In this document: piece by piece, positions 49,666-59,103 of the stretch | How positions within the stretch are numbered: the first letter of the stretch is position 1 | How the letters are laid out: each line of letters opens with the position of its first letter | Assembly (NCBI GenBank): GCA_050115675.1 | Contig: JASFQB010000001.1 | Coordinates: 96,616 to 160,615, forward strand | DNA: 64,000 nt | Direction of reading: 5' to 3' | From: Candidatus Woesebacteria bacterium | Lineage (GTDB): Bacteria; Patescibacteriota; Saccharimonadia; Saccharimonadales; EFPC-124 | Position numbers and translations under genes: made by a program | Notes under the pieces: model-generated | Told to the model about the DNA's origin: nothing | The model's database searches: none | What the model saw: the letters and a program-made list of their open reading frames with translations, nothing else

Positions 49666-50970
49666 ATGACACGTAAAGCAAAAGTTTTTGCATTAGTAGA
49701 TTGCAATAACTTTTTTGTAAGCTGCGAACGAGTTTTTAGGCCAGACTTGTGGAACAAGCCCGTGGCTGTTTTAAGTTGCAATGATGGCTGCATTGTGGCG
49801 CGCAGCAACGAGGTAAAACAAATTGGAATTCCTATGGGTTCGCCTTTGTTTAAGGTTAAAGATGTTGTGGCTGCAAACAATATAACTTTGTTTTCGGGCA
49901 ATTTTGCTTTGTATGGTGATTTTTCGCAACGAGTGGTGCAAATTCTGCAATCTGCCTGCCCTGATGTTGAGGTGTACTCTGTTGATGAGTCGTTTTTAGA
50001 GATTTCTGCTTTAAATATTGATAATTATCACGATTGGGCAGCAAAACTCAGAGCGAACATTTTGCAATGGACAGGCATACCTGTATCAATAGGGGTGGCG
50101 CCTACAAAAACTTTGGCAAAGGCGGCCGCCGAATTTGCTAAAAAGACTTTTTTGCCAGATGGCGTGCATGTTTTGTGTAGTGACGGGCAAATTTCGCCTA
50201 CCGAGGCTAAAAAGCGCCATGATGATCTTTTAAGATGGCTGCCGATAGATGATGTGTGGGGTGTGGGGCGCAGGCTGGCTCCAGTTTTGCGGCAAAAGGG
50301 CATATCTACGGCCCAGCATTTAACAGAGGTGGGCGATAAATGGGCTCAGCAGCAGCTAAGTATATCTGGTGCCAGGACTGTGTGTGAGCTAAGGGGTGAG
50401 TCGTGCATTCCAATGACAAAACAAGAGCCTCAAAAAACTATAGCCAGCACAAGATCTTTTGGTCATACCGTGCGTAATTATTACGAATTAGAAGGAGCGA
50501 TCGCTACTTACGCAGCTCAGGCAGCGGCAAAGTTGCGTAATCAAAACAGTGTTGTAAGTGCGATTTTGGTGTTTTTGCGAACAAGTAAAAAATACGACAA
50601 AAAATATGGTGCTAGTATTGTTGTGCAAATACAGCAGCCTAGTGCAGACACAGGGGCAATTATTGGTGCCGCATTGAGCGGTTTGGCCTCTATTTACGAT
50701 AAAGATTTAGCATATAAAAAGGGTGGAATCGTGCTGTTGGATTTAGCGCCTGCGACTGCATGGCAGATGTCTTTATTGGATCAAAATCCAAGTAAAATTG
50801 ACCAGCAAGTTGCATTGATGAGCGCCGTAGATACACTAAACCAAAAATACGGCGTGCGTCTTGTGCAACATGCTAGCGAACAGATTGCCGGAAAAAGTTG
50901 GCAAAGCAAGTCGCAGCTGTGTAGCCCTGCGTACACCACAAATTGGCTCGCATTACCAAAAGTTGGGTAA
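49666..50970 (+). CDS. umuC: Y-family DNA polymerase UmuC
   Basis: ALVDCNNFFVSCE, LSCNDGC, YSVDESF, PTKTLAK, SPAYTTNW. Confidence 0.92.
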   Translation: MTRKAKVFALVDCNNFFVSCERVFRPDLWNKPVAVLSCNDGCIVARSNEVKQIGIPMGSPLFKVKDVVAANNITLFSGNFALYGDFSQRVVQILQSACPDVEVYSVDESFLEISALNIDNYHDWAAKLRANILQWTGIPVSIGVAPTKTLAKAAAEFAKKTFLPDGVHVLCSDGQISPTEAKKRHDDLLRWLPIDDVWGVGRRLAPVLRQKGISTAQHLTEVGDKWAQQQLSISGARTVCELRGESCIPMTKQEPQKTIASTRSFGHTVRNYYELEGAIATYAAQAAAKLRNQNSVVSAILVFLRTSKKYDKKYGASIVVQIQQPSADTGAIIGAALSGLASIYDKDLAYKKGGIVLLDLAPATAWQMSLLDQNPSKIDQQVALMSAVDTLNQKYGVRLVQHASEQIAGKSWQSKSQLCSPAYTTNWLALPKVG

Positions 50971-51104
50971 ATGGCCTTAAGAGTGTTCTTGTTTGGTTCT
51001 TGACCGCTACCGATATCTGTGTCACCATTAGTTTAAGCACGGTGTTGTGGCAGGGCTAAAAAAGCTCGCAATAGCGTGCAGTACTGATCGAAAGGGGTTC
51101 TGTT

Positions 51105-51437
51105 ATGTCCAGTCATCGTCTTTCTGTTGATGTGGTCCCCCAGGCTAGTTTTGGCCAGACTCGTAGACGTCGTGGACATATTGTTCTTGTTCTTGAGCGG
51201 GTTACCGCTATCAAGCACGCGTACACAAATGGAAGGTGGGATGATCTAGCGTGGGGCGGAGTTGTTTTGGCTATTGTGCATAAGCTTAACGCTTCTATGC
51301 AAGACGGCAAACCGAAGTTTACAAATGGTGAAGTGGACGCAACTTTGCGTTATTTGTGGGGAGCGGGCGAAATCACAGCGCCAGAGGAAAGTGCGGACGA
51401 GAAGGGTAGTCATCACGTAGCGATCGCTGGAGTTTAA
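51105..51437 (+). CDS. Hypothetical protein
   Basis: AAGGGG SD, 110-aa ORF. Confidence 0.45.
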   Translation: MSSHRLSVDVVPQASFGQTRRRRGHIVLVLERVTAIKHAYTNGRWDDLAWGGVVLAIVHKLNASMQDGKPKFTNGEVDATLRYLWGAGEITAPEESADEKGSHHVAIAGV

Positions 51438-51624
51438 CGGTTTGCGGTTTTTGTGCCAATAACCATGCTTTAAGCTGTTGATGGTGCAAAGGCAGTAACC
51501 CCAAGAGTCTGTAGGTGGCACGTTACGCATAGCGTGTCACCTACGCGCATTGCAACAAAGGACTTTTCAAAGTCCACTTTTTTTGTTATAATTTACATCT
51601 GTTAGGCTATGCTCGTAGCTATAT

Positions 51625-51700
51625 GGCCCCTTCGTCTAGTGGTTAGGACATCAGGTTTTCATCCTGAAGATCGCGGGTTCGAGTCCCGCAGGGGTCACCA
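51625..51700 (+). tRNA. tRNA-Glu(TTC), integration target
   Basis: GGCCCCT..TCAGG-TTTTCAT-CCTGA..GGTTCGAGTCC..AGGGGTCACCA. Confidence 0.95.
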
Positions 51701-53234
51701 TAAGAGAATTTTTTGCTTCCAGTAATTGGAAGACCGGCGACACCCCTGTAAAAAGGGGTGTTTTTTGATTTCGACCAACCAAATCTGCATAGGTTGGTAA
51801 TGTACGGAAAATCAGGCCGAAAAACTGGGCTTTTTTGACCGGGTCAATCTGTTTTACGACCAGTTCATCCAAGTTTTCGACGAAATATTTTACGCGGGCA
51901 ATTACCCGGTCTATACTCATTGGCTTCTTAGCTTCCATCTTCATCCTTTCGAGTGACAGCTGCTTAATTTGTTTATCTACGTCCTCTAGCTCTTCATTTA
52001 GGTGCTGCTGAGCCGAAGGGGCGATTGTAGCGAAGTTTTTGGCCATGCTGCGAGCCTGCTGCGTAAGGTCATTGATCTTACTGTCGATTACGGCGATTTG
52101 CGCATCATGATATGCCACACGCTTTTCATAAGCATCTTTAATGGCAACGAACAGCGTGTCGATGTCTTGCTGCGAAAATTCCAAACCGCCAACAAATTCT
52201 AGCACGCGCATTTCGAGCTCTTCTTTTTTAACGCGGAACTTATGTTCGCGCTTGTCGCAGTGGTAATACGAATAGTAATTGCCGGTTTTGCCGCGAGAGG
52301 CACTGCCAAGCAGTGGCTTGTTGCATTCCGGGCACATTACAAAATTCTTGAATGCAAAGTCCGAGTGGCGCGTGCCTTTTGGCGTGGCATTTTCCGGCGC
52401 TACATTATCCGTAATCGCAATCTTGTTGTTGGGCATTTCTATAATTACTCGCTTGCCCTTGTTGGCGCGGTTGAATAGGTCGATTGAAACAATCCCATCA
52501 AACATACATTTAACCGGCTGGCCTTGTGTCCATTTCTCGACATTTATGCCTGCATAGATTGGATTGCGTACCATTTTCCAGAGCTTCTTTTCGTCCAGCA
52601 GGGCTGGCTCGGTTCGCCTAACAATGCGCGACCTGTCGTCTTTTGCGCGGCGTAGCTGCGGCCGTCCGCGATAACCCATATCGTTCAACTTCTTGGCAAT
52701 CTCGCGGTCGCTAAATTGGCCGCTGGCACGAAGTTCAAATAGCGCAACAATGTATTTAGCTTCCTGCGGGTGCGGCTTTAATACCATACGCTTGCCGTGT
52801 TGTGTTTCTACTTTTTCGCTCACTAGGCCATACGGTGCGCGCCGCATCCAATAGCCCATTTGCGTGTAGCGGATTTCGGCACCAATGACGCGGCTCAAAA
52901 TATCTCGCACTTCGTCTTTTGACCGTTCGGCTTCCAGCATTTCCGATTTGCGGCTTGGTGAGTATTTGCTCCATTTGTATTCCTGCCCGAGGTGCGCCAG
53001 TGTGTTGACCTGCTCGTGGCTAATGACGCCATAGGTATCAACGAGCGTCACGCGGCATTCTTCTTTGCTGGCCGATTCCAAGAACACAAAGAACTTTTTG
53101 ATGGTGATTCCCCGGTTATCGGCGTAGCGTTCGATCTGCTCTTTTTGCGCTTCCGGCGAGTCGCCGTCGGTGCCTTGCTTGGTGGTCGAAACACGAATCG
53201 CGGCAACTGCATACTTACTATTTTGTGGCTGCAT
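51651..53234 (-). CDS. Large serine recombinase (catalytic domain apparently shortened)
   Basis: IRVST catalytic motif, APYG, NPIYAG, Zn ribbon CPEC..YYHC, coiled coil; last codons MVTPAGLEPAIFRMKT are the antisense of tRNA-Glu. Confidence 0.88.
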   Translation of the reverse strand: MQPQNSKYAVAAIRVSTTKQGTDGDSPEAQKEQIERYADNRGITIKKFFVFLESASKEECRVTLVDTYGVISHEQVNTLAHLGQEYKWSKYSPSRKSEMLEAERSKDEVRDILSRVIGAEIRYTQMGYWMRRAPYGLVSEKVETQHGKRMVLKPHPQEAKYIVALFELRASGQFSDREIAKKLNDMGYRGRPQLRRAKDDRSRIVRRTEPALLDEKKLWKMVRNPIYAGINVEKWTQGQPVKCMFDGIVSIDLFNRANKGKRVIIEMPNNKIAITDNVAPENATPKGTRHSDFAFKNFVMCPECNKPLLGSASRGKTGNYYSYYHCDKREHKFRVKKEELEMRVLEFVGGLEFSQQDIDTLFVAIKDAYEKRVAYHDAQIAVIDSKINDLTQQARSMAKNFATIAPSAQQHLNEELEDVDKQIKQLSLERMKMEAKKPMSIDRVIARVKYFVENLDELVVKQIDPVKKAQFFGLIFRTLPTYADLVGRNQKTPLFTGVSPVFQLLEAKNSLMVTPAGLEPAIFRMKT

Positions 53235-53361
53235 TTTCTCCCTCCTCAAAGATCATGTCCAGTAGTATGTCGGCCAGAATTTCCAGCTTTTCACCATCTC
53301 CAAGACCGACAATCTCAGGTAATTCTGGCTGATTATTTTGTGACCCTCTTGCTGTGCTCAT
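53218..53361 (-). CDS. 47-aa protein overlapping the recombinase start
   Basis: Manual translation MSTARGSQNNQPELPEIVGLGDGEKLEILADILLDMIFEEGENAATK. Confidence 0.45.
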   Translation of the reverse strand: MSTARGSQNNQPELPEIVGLGDGEKLEILADILLDMIFEEGENAATK

Positions 53362-53382
53362 AGAAGTAAACTAGCTTTTATA

Positions 53383-53462
53383 GTTATAGTATACTATAAC
53401 AAATAGAGATAGTTAAAGCGTTTTAGGGCACTATTTACACCCTTGCGGGCTAGGGTGTAAAT
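53383..53462. promoter_or_regulatory. 18-bp palindrome plus 11-bp inverted repeat in the divergent intergenic region
   Basis: GTTATAGTATACTATAAC (53383-53400); ATTTACACCCT-N8-AGGGTGTAAAT (53433-53462). Confidence 0.5.
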
Positions 53463-53737
53463 GCAACTATTTCTAATCTGTTAGCGCTTGTTTTTCCGTG
53501 TTACCTATCTTATAAATATATGGGTAGGTGGGGTTGGTTGGAATTGTATGTGCCCATTATACCTGCATACTTAAAACTATACCAAGAACAAAAGCTAAGA
53601 CAGAGAAAATAAAGAACCTAAAGAAGAAAACTAATAACCATGCTTAAAGAACAACTAACTCTGAACCTACCTACTAATACCTATCTAAGAATACGCATAC
53701 TAACAAACTGACGAATAAACGTAAATGTAATCCGTAC

Positions 53738-54667
53738 ATGACGAAATTACCAAAACTAACCAGAAAACAAGGCGAAATACTAGAACTGCTCTACAGGTTC
53801 AGATTCCTAAACCGCATCCAGATACAAGCACTACTACTGCACAAAGACCCGAAAACCATTAACCTGTGGTTGCGTGATCTGCGCTCCAAAGGCTACGTCG
53901 AATGGATATACTCAACCCACTTCGCCGAGAAGACCAAACCAGCTGTCTACTACCTCGGACTAAACGGTGTACGATATCTGCGTACGCTTACTAGGGAGGA
54001 AGAAGTAACGGGCGACGATCCAGAGACCGACGAGGGCGGCGACCCTAAGCCTACACCAGCCTACCCGCCAGAAGAACTGCGCAAACGCTACAAAGAGCCA
54101 ACCCGCAGTCAAACCTATATTGACCGCTGCATCCTGATAGCAGACTGCGTACTTGCTCTAGACCAAGCGAGCTTTGACAACCGGATGCAAGGCAAAAGGC
54201 TCAGCTATTACATTCAGACAGAAGCAGACTACTTGCTTGAACGCAGCTACTACCATTTTGTACTGGATATTGACGACGAACTAATCCACCCGCACCTTTT
54301 GTTTTGCCAGGACAAAACAAACAAAGACGGCGAGGAAATAACCCTAGAAAGCTATATCCTGGAAGTATTTGATCCAACCCTGCCGCGCTACCGTATGAAA
54401 AAGCGCCTTGGTGATTACGTGAAGTTCCTGGATGACGAGGGTGACACGTGGAAAGAGCAGACGGATACCGACAAGCTGCCAGTTATCCTATTTGTCTACC
54501 CCCGAACAACTGACCTCATTTATGCGAAACGAAGAACACGAAAACTCGTTGCCGACGCGTGGTATTGGGAGGATGACGACACCGAAAGGCCACGGGTGCG
54601 GTTTACGACGATGGAGAAGTTGAAACAAAGCGGCTTGTTAGCGAAGGAGATTTGGGAGCAAGCCTGA
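53738..54667 (+). CDS. Replication-relaxation (Replic_Relax) family protein
   Basis: ILELLYRFRFLNRIQIQALL..LRDLRSKGYV..VYYLGLNG wHTH followed by a nuclease-like region (YILEVFD). Confidence 0.7.
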   Translation: MTKLPKLTRKQGEILELLYRFRFLNRIQIQALLLHKDPKTINLWLRDLRSKGYVEWIYSTHFAEKTKPAVYYLGLNGVRYLRTLTREEEVTGDDPETDEGGDPKPTPAYPPEELRKRYKEPTRSQTYIDRCILIADCVLALDQASFDNRMQGKRLSYYIQTEADYLLERSYYHFVLDIDDELIHPHLLFCQDKTNKDGEEITLESYILEVFDPTLPRYRMKKRLGDYVKFLDDEGDTWKEQTDTDKLPVILFVYPRTTDLIYAKRRTRKLVADAWYWEDDDTERPRVRFTTMEKLKQSGLLAKEIWEQA

Positions 54668-54786
54668 CTGTCCGCCTCCGCGTCTTTTATCTGGCCGAGA
54701 GCTATTGTAACTACCCCCCCATCCTGTACAATAGAAACCATAAGCGTAGAATAGATATGAGTGTACGAAGGTAATAGAAAAACGGT

Positions 54787-56316
54787 ATGTCACGGCTTCC
54801 GCAACCTGGTGCAGATGATGGTGTTTGGGGTGATGTCCTCAACGACTTTTTAGGCGTATCCCACAATAGTGACGGTACGCTTAAAAGCAGTGCCCTGTCT
54901 TCCAAGGCAAATGACACAGCCACCGTACACAACACAGGCAATGAGTCCATAGCCGGAGTAAAGACCTTCACCTCCAGCCCTGTAGTTCCTACCCCCACAA
55001 CCAACACCCAAGCAGCTAACAAACAGTACGTAGACAATACAGTATCTGCCGGTGCGCCAGACGCCACTACGTCCGCACCAGGCCTAATACAACTAGCCGG
55101 TGACCTAGGCGGCAGCGGCACCATAGCAACTGCCCCTGTCATATCCGACAGCGCAGTAACAACCAGCAAGATAACCAACGGCGCCGTCACCACAGCCAAG
55201 CTGGCTACTGGCAGCGTAACTACCAACGAGATAGCCGACGGCACCATAACAGACACCGACATTAGTGCCACGGCCGCCATAGCCAAAACCAAACTGGCAA
55301 GCCTAAACATCACAGATAGTGATGTAAGCGCTATATCCGAAAGCAAAGTTACCAACCTGACAACCGACCTAGCAGGCAAAGAACCAACGATCACTGCCGG
55401 CACCACTGCTCAGTACTACCGTGGCGACAAATCGTGGCAAACCCTGGATAAAACAGCCGTAGACCTAGCCAATGTAGACAATACCAGCGATGCAAACAAA
55501 CCAGTTTCTACCGCCACCCAAACAGCCTTAGACGCCAAGCTGGACTACGCCACCGCCCCCACCGGCTACATTCGCGTGCCCGGCAACCCCAAGTTCGGTA
55601 CCACTGACTTCTATGTCATGAAGCACGAAGCCAAGAACGTCGGCGGCGTACCTACCTCCCAGGCAGCCAGTACGCCATGGGGCAGTATCTCCCAGGCCAG
55701 TGCCATAGACGCAGCTAGAAGCCTTGGCCCGGGCTACCACCTGATAACCGAGGCCGAATGGATGACCATTGCTTACAACGCCCTGTACGTAGGCAGCAAC
55801 TGGACCGGCGGCAGTGTTGGCTCAGGAGCGCTCTTCTCCGGCCATAACGACAACAACCCGGGCAACGCGCTTGACGCTGATACCAACGACGCCAACGGCT
55901 ACTACGGTACTGGCAACGTGAGCCCCAGCAACCAGCGCCGGACATTAACCCTCAGCAACGGAGAGGTCATCTGGGATCTAGCCGGTAACGTCTGGGAATG
56001 GACTGATGCCCAGATCATTGGCAGCGACCAGCCGACTGTTGCCAGCCCCGGTTTTGCCTGGCGCGAGTTTACCGCCATTACCAAGTGGGGAGCGCTGAAC
56101 TATGCCCTGCCTACGGGCAGAGGCTGGAACTCCAGCCAAGGCCTCGGCCAGATCTATTCCGACGGCACCAGCACCAATACGACGCTGTACGGCTTCATCC
56201 GCGGCGGCGGCTGGGGCCAAGGCAGCGACGCGGGCGCGTTTTCGCTCTACTTGAACCACACGCCGTCGTTCACGCACGCGGCCGTCGGGTTCCGGGTTGC
56301 CAGGAGTATTCTGTAA
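54787..56316 (+). CDS. DGR target: fibre-like stalk with C-terminal C-type-lectin (FGE-sulfatase) domain
   Basis: VHNTGNESIAGVKTF, DATTSAPGLIQL, NVDNTSDANKPVSTA fibre motifs; LITEAEW, DLAGNVWEW, RGGGW, VGFR CLec motifs; VR at the 3' end. Confidence 0.9.
   Translation: MSRLPQPGADDGVWGDVLNDFLGVSHNSDGTLKSSALSSKANDTATVHNTGNESIAGVKTFTSSPVVPTPTTNTQAANKQYVDNTVSAGAPDATTSAPGLIQLAGDLGGSGTIATAPVISDSAVTTSKITNGAVTTAKLATGSVTTNEIADGTITDTDISATAAIAKTKLASLNITDSDVSAISESKVTNLTTDLAGKEPTITAGTTAQYYRGDKSWQTLDKTAVDLANVDNTSDANKPVSTATQTALDAKLDYATAPTGYIRVPGNPKFGTTDFYVMKHEAKNVGGVPTSQAASTPWGSISQASAIDAARSLGPGYHLITEAEWMTIAYNALYVGSNWTGGSVGSGALFSGHNDNNPGNALDADTNDANGYYGTGNVSPSNQRRTLTLSNGEVIWDLAGNVWEWTDAQIIGSDQPTVASPGFAWREFTAITKWGALNYALPTGRGWNSSQGLGQIYSDGTSTNTTLYGFIRGGGWGQGSDAGAFSLYLNHTPSFTHAAVGFRVARSIL
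56194..56306 (+). repeat. DGR variable repeat (VR)
   Basis: 113-nt ungapped match to 57468-57580; 18 mismatches, 16 opposite TR adenines. Confidence 0.95.
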
Positions 56317-56345
56317 TCTATGCCGCGAATAAGGGGAAGAGTATC

Positions 56346-57435
56346 ATGACGAAACAAATGTCTGAGAGCATGCATCTTCAGCGCGCGGAGCGCGCATCCT
56401 CGTTGTTCGACCAAGTTGCCAGCTTTGAAAACCTCTACGCCGCGTACCAGGCGGCGGCCCGCGGCAAGCACGACCGGGTCGCTACGCTACGCCACGATTT
56501 GCATGCCGAAAAGATTTTGTGGCGGTTACGCTGGGAGCTACTGAATGGCCGGTACCGCCACGGCAAGTACCGGCGGTTTACGATTGTCGAGCCCAAGGCG
56601 AGGGATGTTAGCGCCGCACCGTTTACCGACCGCATCGTTCACCATGCGGTTGTCCAAGTGGTAGAACCGCTATTTGAGCGCGGCTTTATATATGACAGCT
56701 ATGCTTGCCGCCGCAGGAAAGGCACGCACCAGGCGGCTTTGCGGTTGCAGCATTTTCTGCGCTCTGCATCAACATCTATTGGTCATACAGGACGGTTGTA
56801 TGTGCTTCGTGCCGATATCCGGAAGTTTTTTGCCCGTATTGACCACGACGTGCTCAAGGATATATTGCGCCGCAAGCTCCCCGATGCCCGATTGCGGGAG
56901 CTATTGGGCCTGATTATTGATTCATTCTCCGAGATTGTGCCGCAAACGCCGCAGGCGGAATCCTCTCTCTCGATCTGAACGCGGCTTGCCGATAGACAAC
57001 CTTACCTCGCAGCTTCTTGCTAACTTGTACCTCAACGAGCTCGACCAGTTCGCAAAGCATACATTGCGATCACGCTATTACATACGGTATATGGATGATT
57101 TTATTATCCTGCACCCGGACAAAAGGTATCTTCGAGAGGTGTTGGCATCTTTACACCAGTATGTTAACCAAAATTTGCGGCTTGAGTTACATTTCAAGAA
57201 GACCAATATTCATCCATTTTGTGACTACGAGCGTTTTGTGGGTTACGAACTAGGCTTGTATCACCGGCGGCTGGCCAGGCCGACAGTACAGCGTTTTCGG
57301 CGGCGGTATAAGAGGCTGCAACTCCGCGACCCCGCTGCCGCCGATGACAGTTTGGCTTAGTTTACCGCTTACGCCCATTTTGCCCATGCCGATGGATTAC
57401 TGCGGACGTTTCGGACCAGAGAGGGCCGACCATAG
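56346..57435 (+). pseudogene. DGR reverse transcriptase, frameshifted and with a premature stop
   Basis: FTDRIVHHA, YDSYACRRRKGTH, ADIRKFF, then other frame GLPIDNLTSQLLANLYL, RYMDD, FVGY; TAG at 57358-57360 before FTAYAHFAHADGLLR. Confidence 0.9.
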
Positions 57436-57467
57436 ATATGCACAAGAAAGAGATAAATAACCACGGT

Positions 57468-57580
57468 TTCATCCGCGGCGGCAACTGGAACAACGGCAGC
57501 AACGCGGGTGCGTTTACGCTCAACTTGAACAACACGCCGTCGAACACGAACACGAACATCGGGTTCCGGGTTGCCAGGAG
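57468..57580 (+). repeat. DGR template repeat (TR)
   Basis: AAC-rich copy of VR (10 AAC codons in the VR frame). Confidence 0.95.
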
Positions 57581-57780
57581 CTTGGCTCCAAGGCCTGTAA
57601 GGGCCGGCAGGGGTGCTACCTTGGTTACGGCCGGTAGCAGCGTGCTTTCAAAGATCTCCCGTTTGCCTCTGTCCTGGCCGGTGCGTTTATGCTGCGGCCG
57701 AATACGAACGGGCCAGCCGTGGCGGTATTATGCCGATTCTGTTGGCCCGGCCCTTCGGGGTACGGTGCGGGCTGGGTGTC

Positions 57781-58122
57781 ATGGATGACCTGATCGTATT
57801 CCGCAAGATGTACGAATACCTATCCTGGTTACGGCCCAGCGTTGAACGCTTCGCGCGGATGCACCGTTACGGTCTAGGGAACGAGATGGAGCAGTCAGCG
57901 CTGACGGTACTTCGTCACATAGTTAGTGCGAACTTTGCTGCGGACAAGCTGCCTGCCATCGGGCGGGCTTTAGTGGAACTTGAGGTCTTGCGGATATATC
58001 AGCGCCTTACTTATGATTACAAGTTGCTTAGTGGCCGCCAGTTTACTCATGCGAGTGCGCTGCTTGATGAAATAGGGCGGCTACTGCGGGGTTGGCATAA
58101 AAGCTATCGCGGTCCTCGCTAG
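57781..58122 (+). CDS. avd: DGR accessory variability determinant (four-helix bundle)
   Basis: 113 aa basic protein; RFARMHRYGLG and LDEIGRLLRGW motifs; adjacent to TR. Confidence 0.85.
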   Translation: MDDLIVFRKMYEYLSWLRPSVERFARMHRYGLGNEMEQSALTVLRHIVSANFAADKLPAIGRALVELEVLRIYQRLTYDYKLLSGRQFTHASALLDEIGRLLRGWHKSYRGPR

Positions 58123-58180
58123 AGGTGTCGCCCGGGCGGCTCATGCGCATATATTGGTAATAGGGTATAATAATTCTGAT

Positions 58181-58399
58181 ATGAATACGCGGATTGGCAA
58201 AGTTATCGGTGCGAACTTGCAAAAGACTCGTAAAGAGCTGCACCTCACTCAAGAAGAAGCCGCCAAAAAAGTTGGCTTGACAACCAATTACTATGCAATG
58301 TTGGAACGCGGCGAGGCTACAGCGTCAATCGAGACCTACTACGCAATATTTTCCATGCTAGGCGTCAAGGCGTCGGATATTCTGCCCGAGCGCGCCTAG
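58181..58399 (+). CDS. XRE-family HTH regulator
   Basis: LQKTRKELHLTQEEAAKKVGLTTNYYAMLERGE. Confidence 0.85.
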   Translation: MNTRIGKVIGANLQKTRKELHLTQEEAAKKVGLTTNYYAMLERGEATASIETYYAIFSMLGVKASDILPERA

Positions 58400-58605
58400 T
58401 TCTTGCTTTTTTTCTTCTCATCCAACGATTTTTTAAGCTTCTCGGCTAGCCCCTCATCGGCACGCGCTAGCTCATTGCCAAAGCCCTCTATCGAATCAAG
58501 ATACTGGATGGCATATTCCCGATTGGTATTCTTGGGGTCATAAACCTGCAAATACCGGAGTATCTTTTGGATATCTTCTTCGTTTTTGTGGTATTCGTCG
58601 TACAT
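58396..58605 (-). CDS. Small hypothetical protein
   Basis: GGAG SD; downstream of the PLD C-terminal remnant. Confidence 0.55.
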   Translation of the reverse strand: MYDEYHKNEEDIQKILRYLQVYDPKNTNREYAIQYLDSIEGFGNELARADEGLAEKLKKSLDEKKKSKN

Positions 58606-58815
58606 ATATGCTCCAGTATATCATTCGAGCTAGACTAACAGATTATCGATTCCTATAAACCGTACCATCTGCCATGCGCGCGGCGTAGTGTAAGCCCCCC
58701 CAATACACTAAACACACACCGGAAGTAAAATCCTGCTAAAAAGATCTAACTAAAAAAGGTGTAAAATAAGTAACATTGTGGTTAGCATTGCCACGCAAAC
58801 AGGGAGTATTTACAT

Positions 58816-59064
58816 ATGGCCAAACCCATAGATCCTCAGCTAAAACAAGAAATAATGACTGCCGTCTCCAGCGGTATGACCCAACTGGAAGCCAGTCGCC
58901 TCTATGGCGTCAGCTCCAAGACCATTAGCACTTGGTGTCGTCAGGATGTGATTGGTAGTGATAAAAATTATATAGCTCAAATTAACAAACTCAAACGAGA
59001 GTTGGACAACGCCTACCGTGTCATTGGTAAGCTGTCAGCTCATACTGACCGCCCAAAAGGCTAG
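58816..59064 (+). CDS. IS3 OrfA (HTH plus leucine zipper)
   Basis: EASRLYGVSSKTISTW; INKLKRELD. Confidence 0.8.
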   Translation: MAKPIDPQLKQEIMTAVSSGMTQLEASRLYGVSSKTISTWCRQDVIGSDKNYIAQINKLKRELDNAYRVIGKLSAHTDRPKG

Positions 59065-59103
59065 CCGGCCCTGGAGGAGGTCGAACCGGGCTTTAAGCGG
59101 CAA

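Noticed and set aside
56085-56345. N-terminal extension of the RT ORF in the track
   Set aside because: Overlaps the target's 3' end in another frame; SD-like AAGGGG and ATG at 56346 fit better
56346-57435. Group II intron or retron RT
   Set aside because: NLTSQ motif, short length, TR/VR pair and Avd indicate a DGR; no maturase domain or msr/msd evident
57438-57788. 116-aa ORF over the TR as a second target gene
   Set aside because: It is the open frame of the AAC-rich TR plus spacer and lacks the rest of the CLec domain
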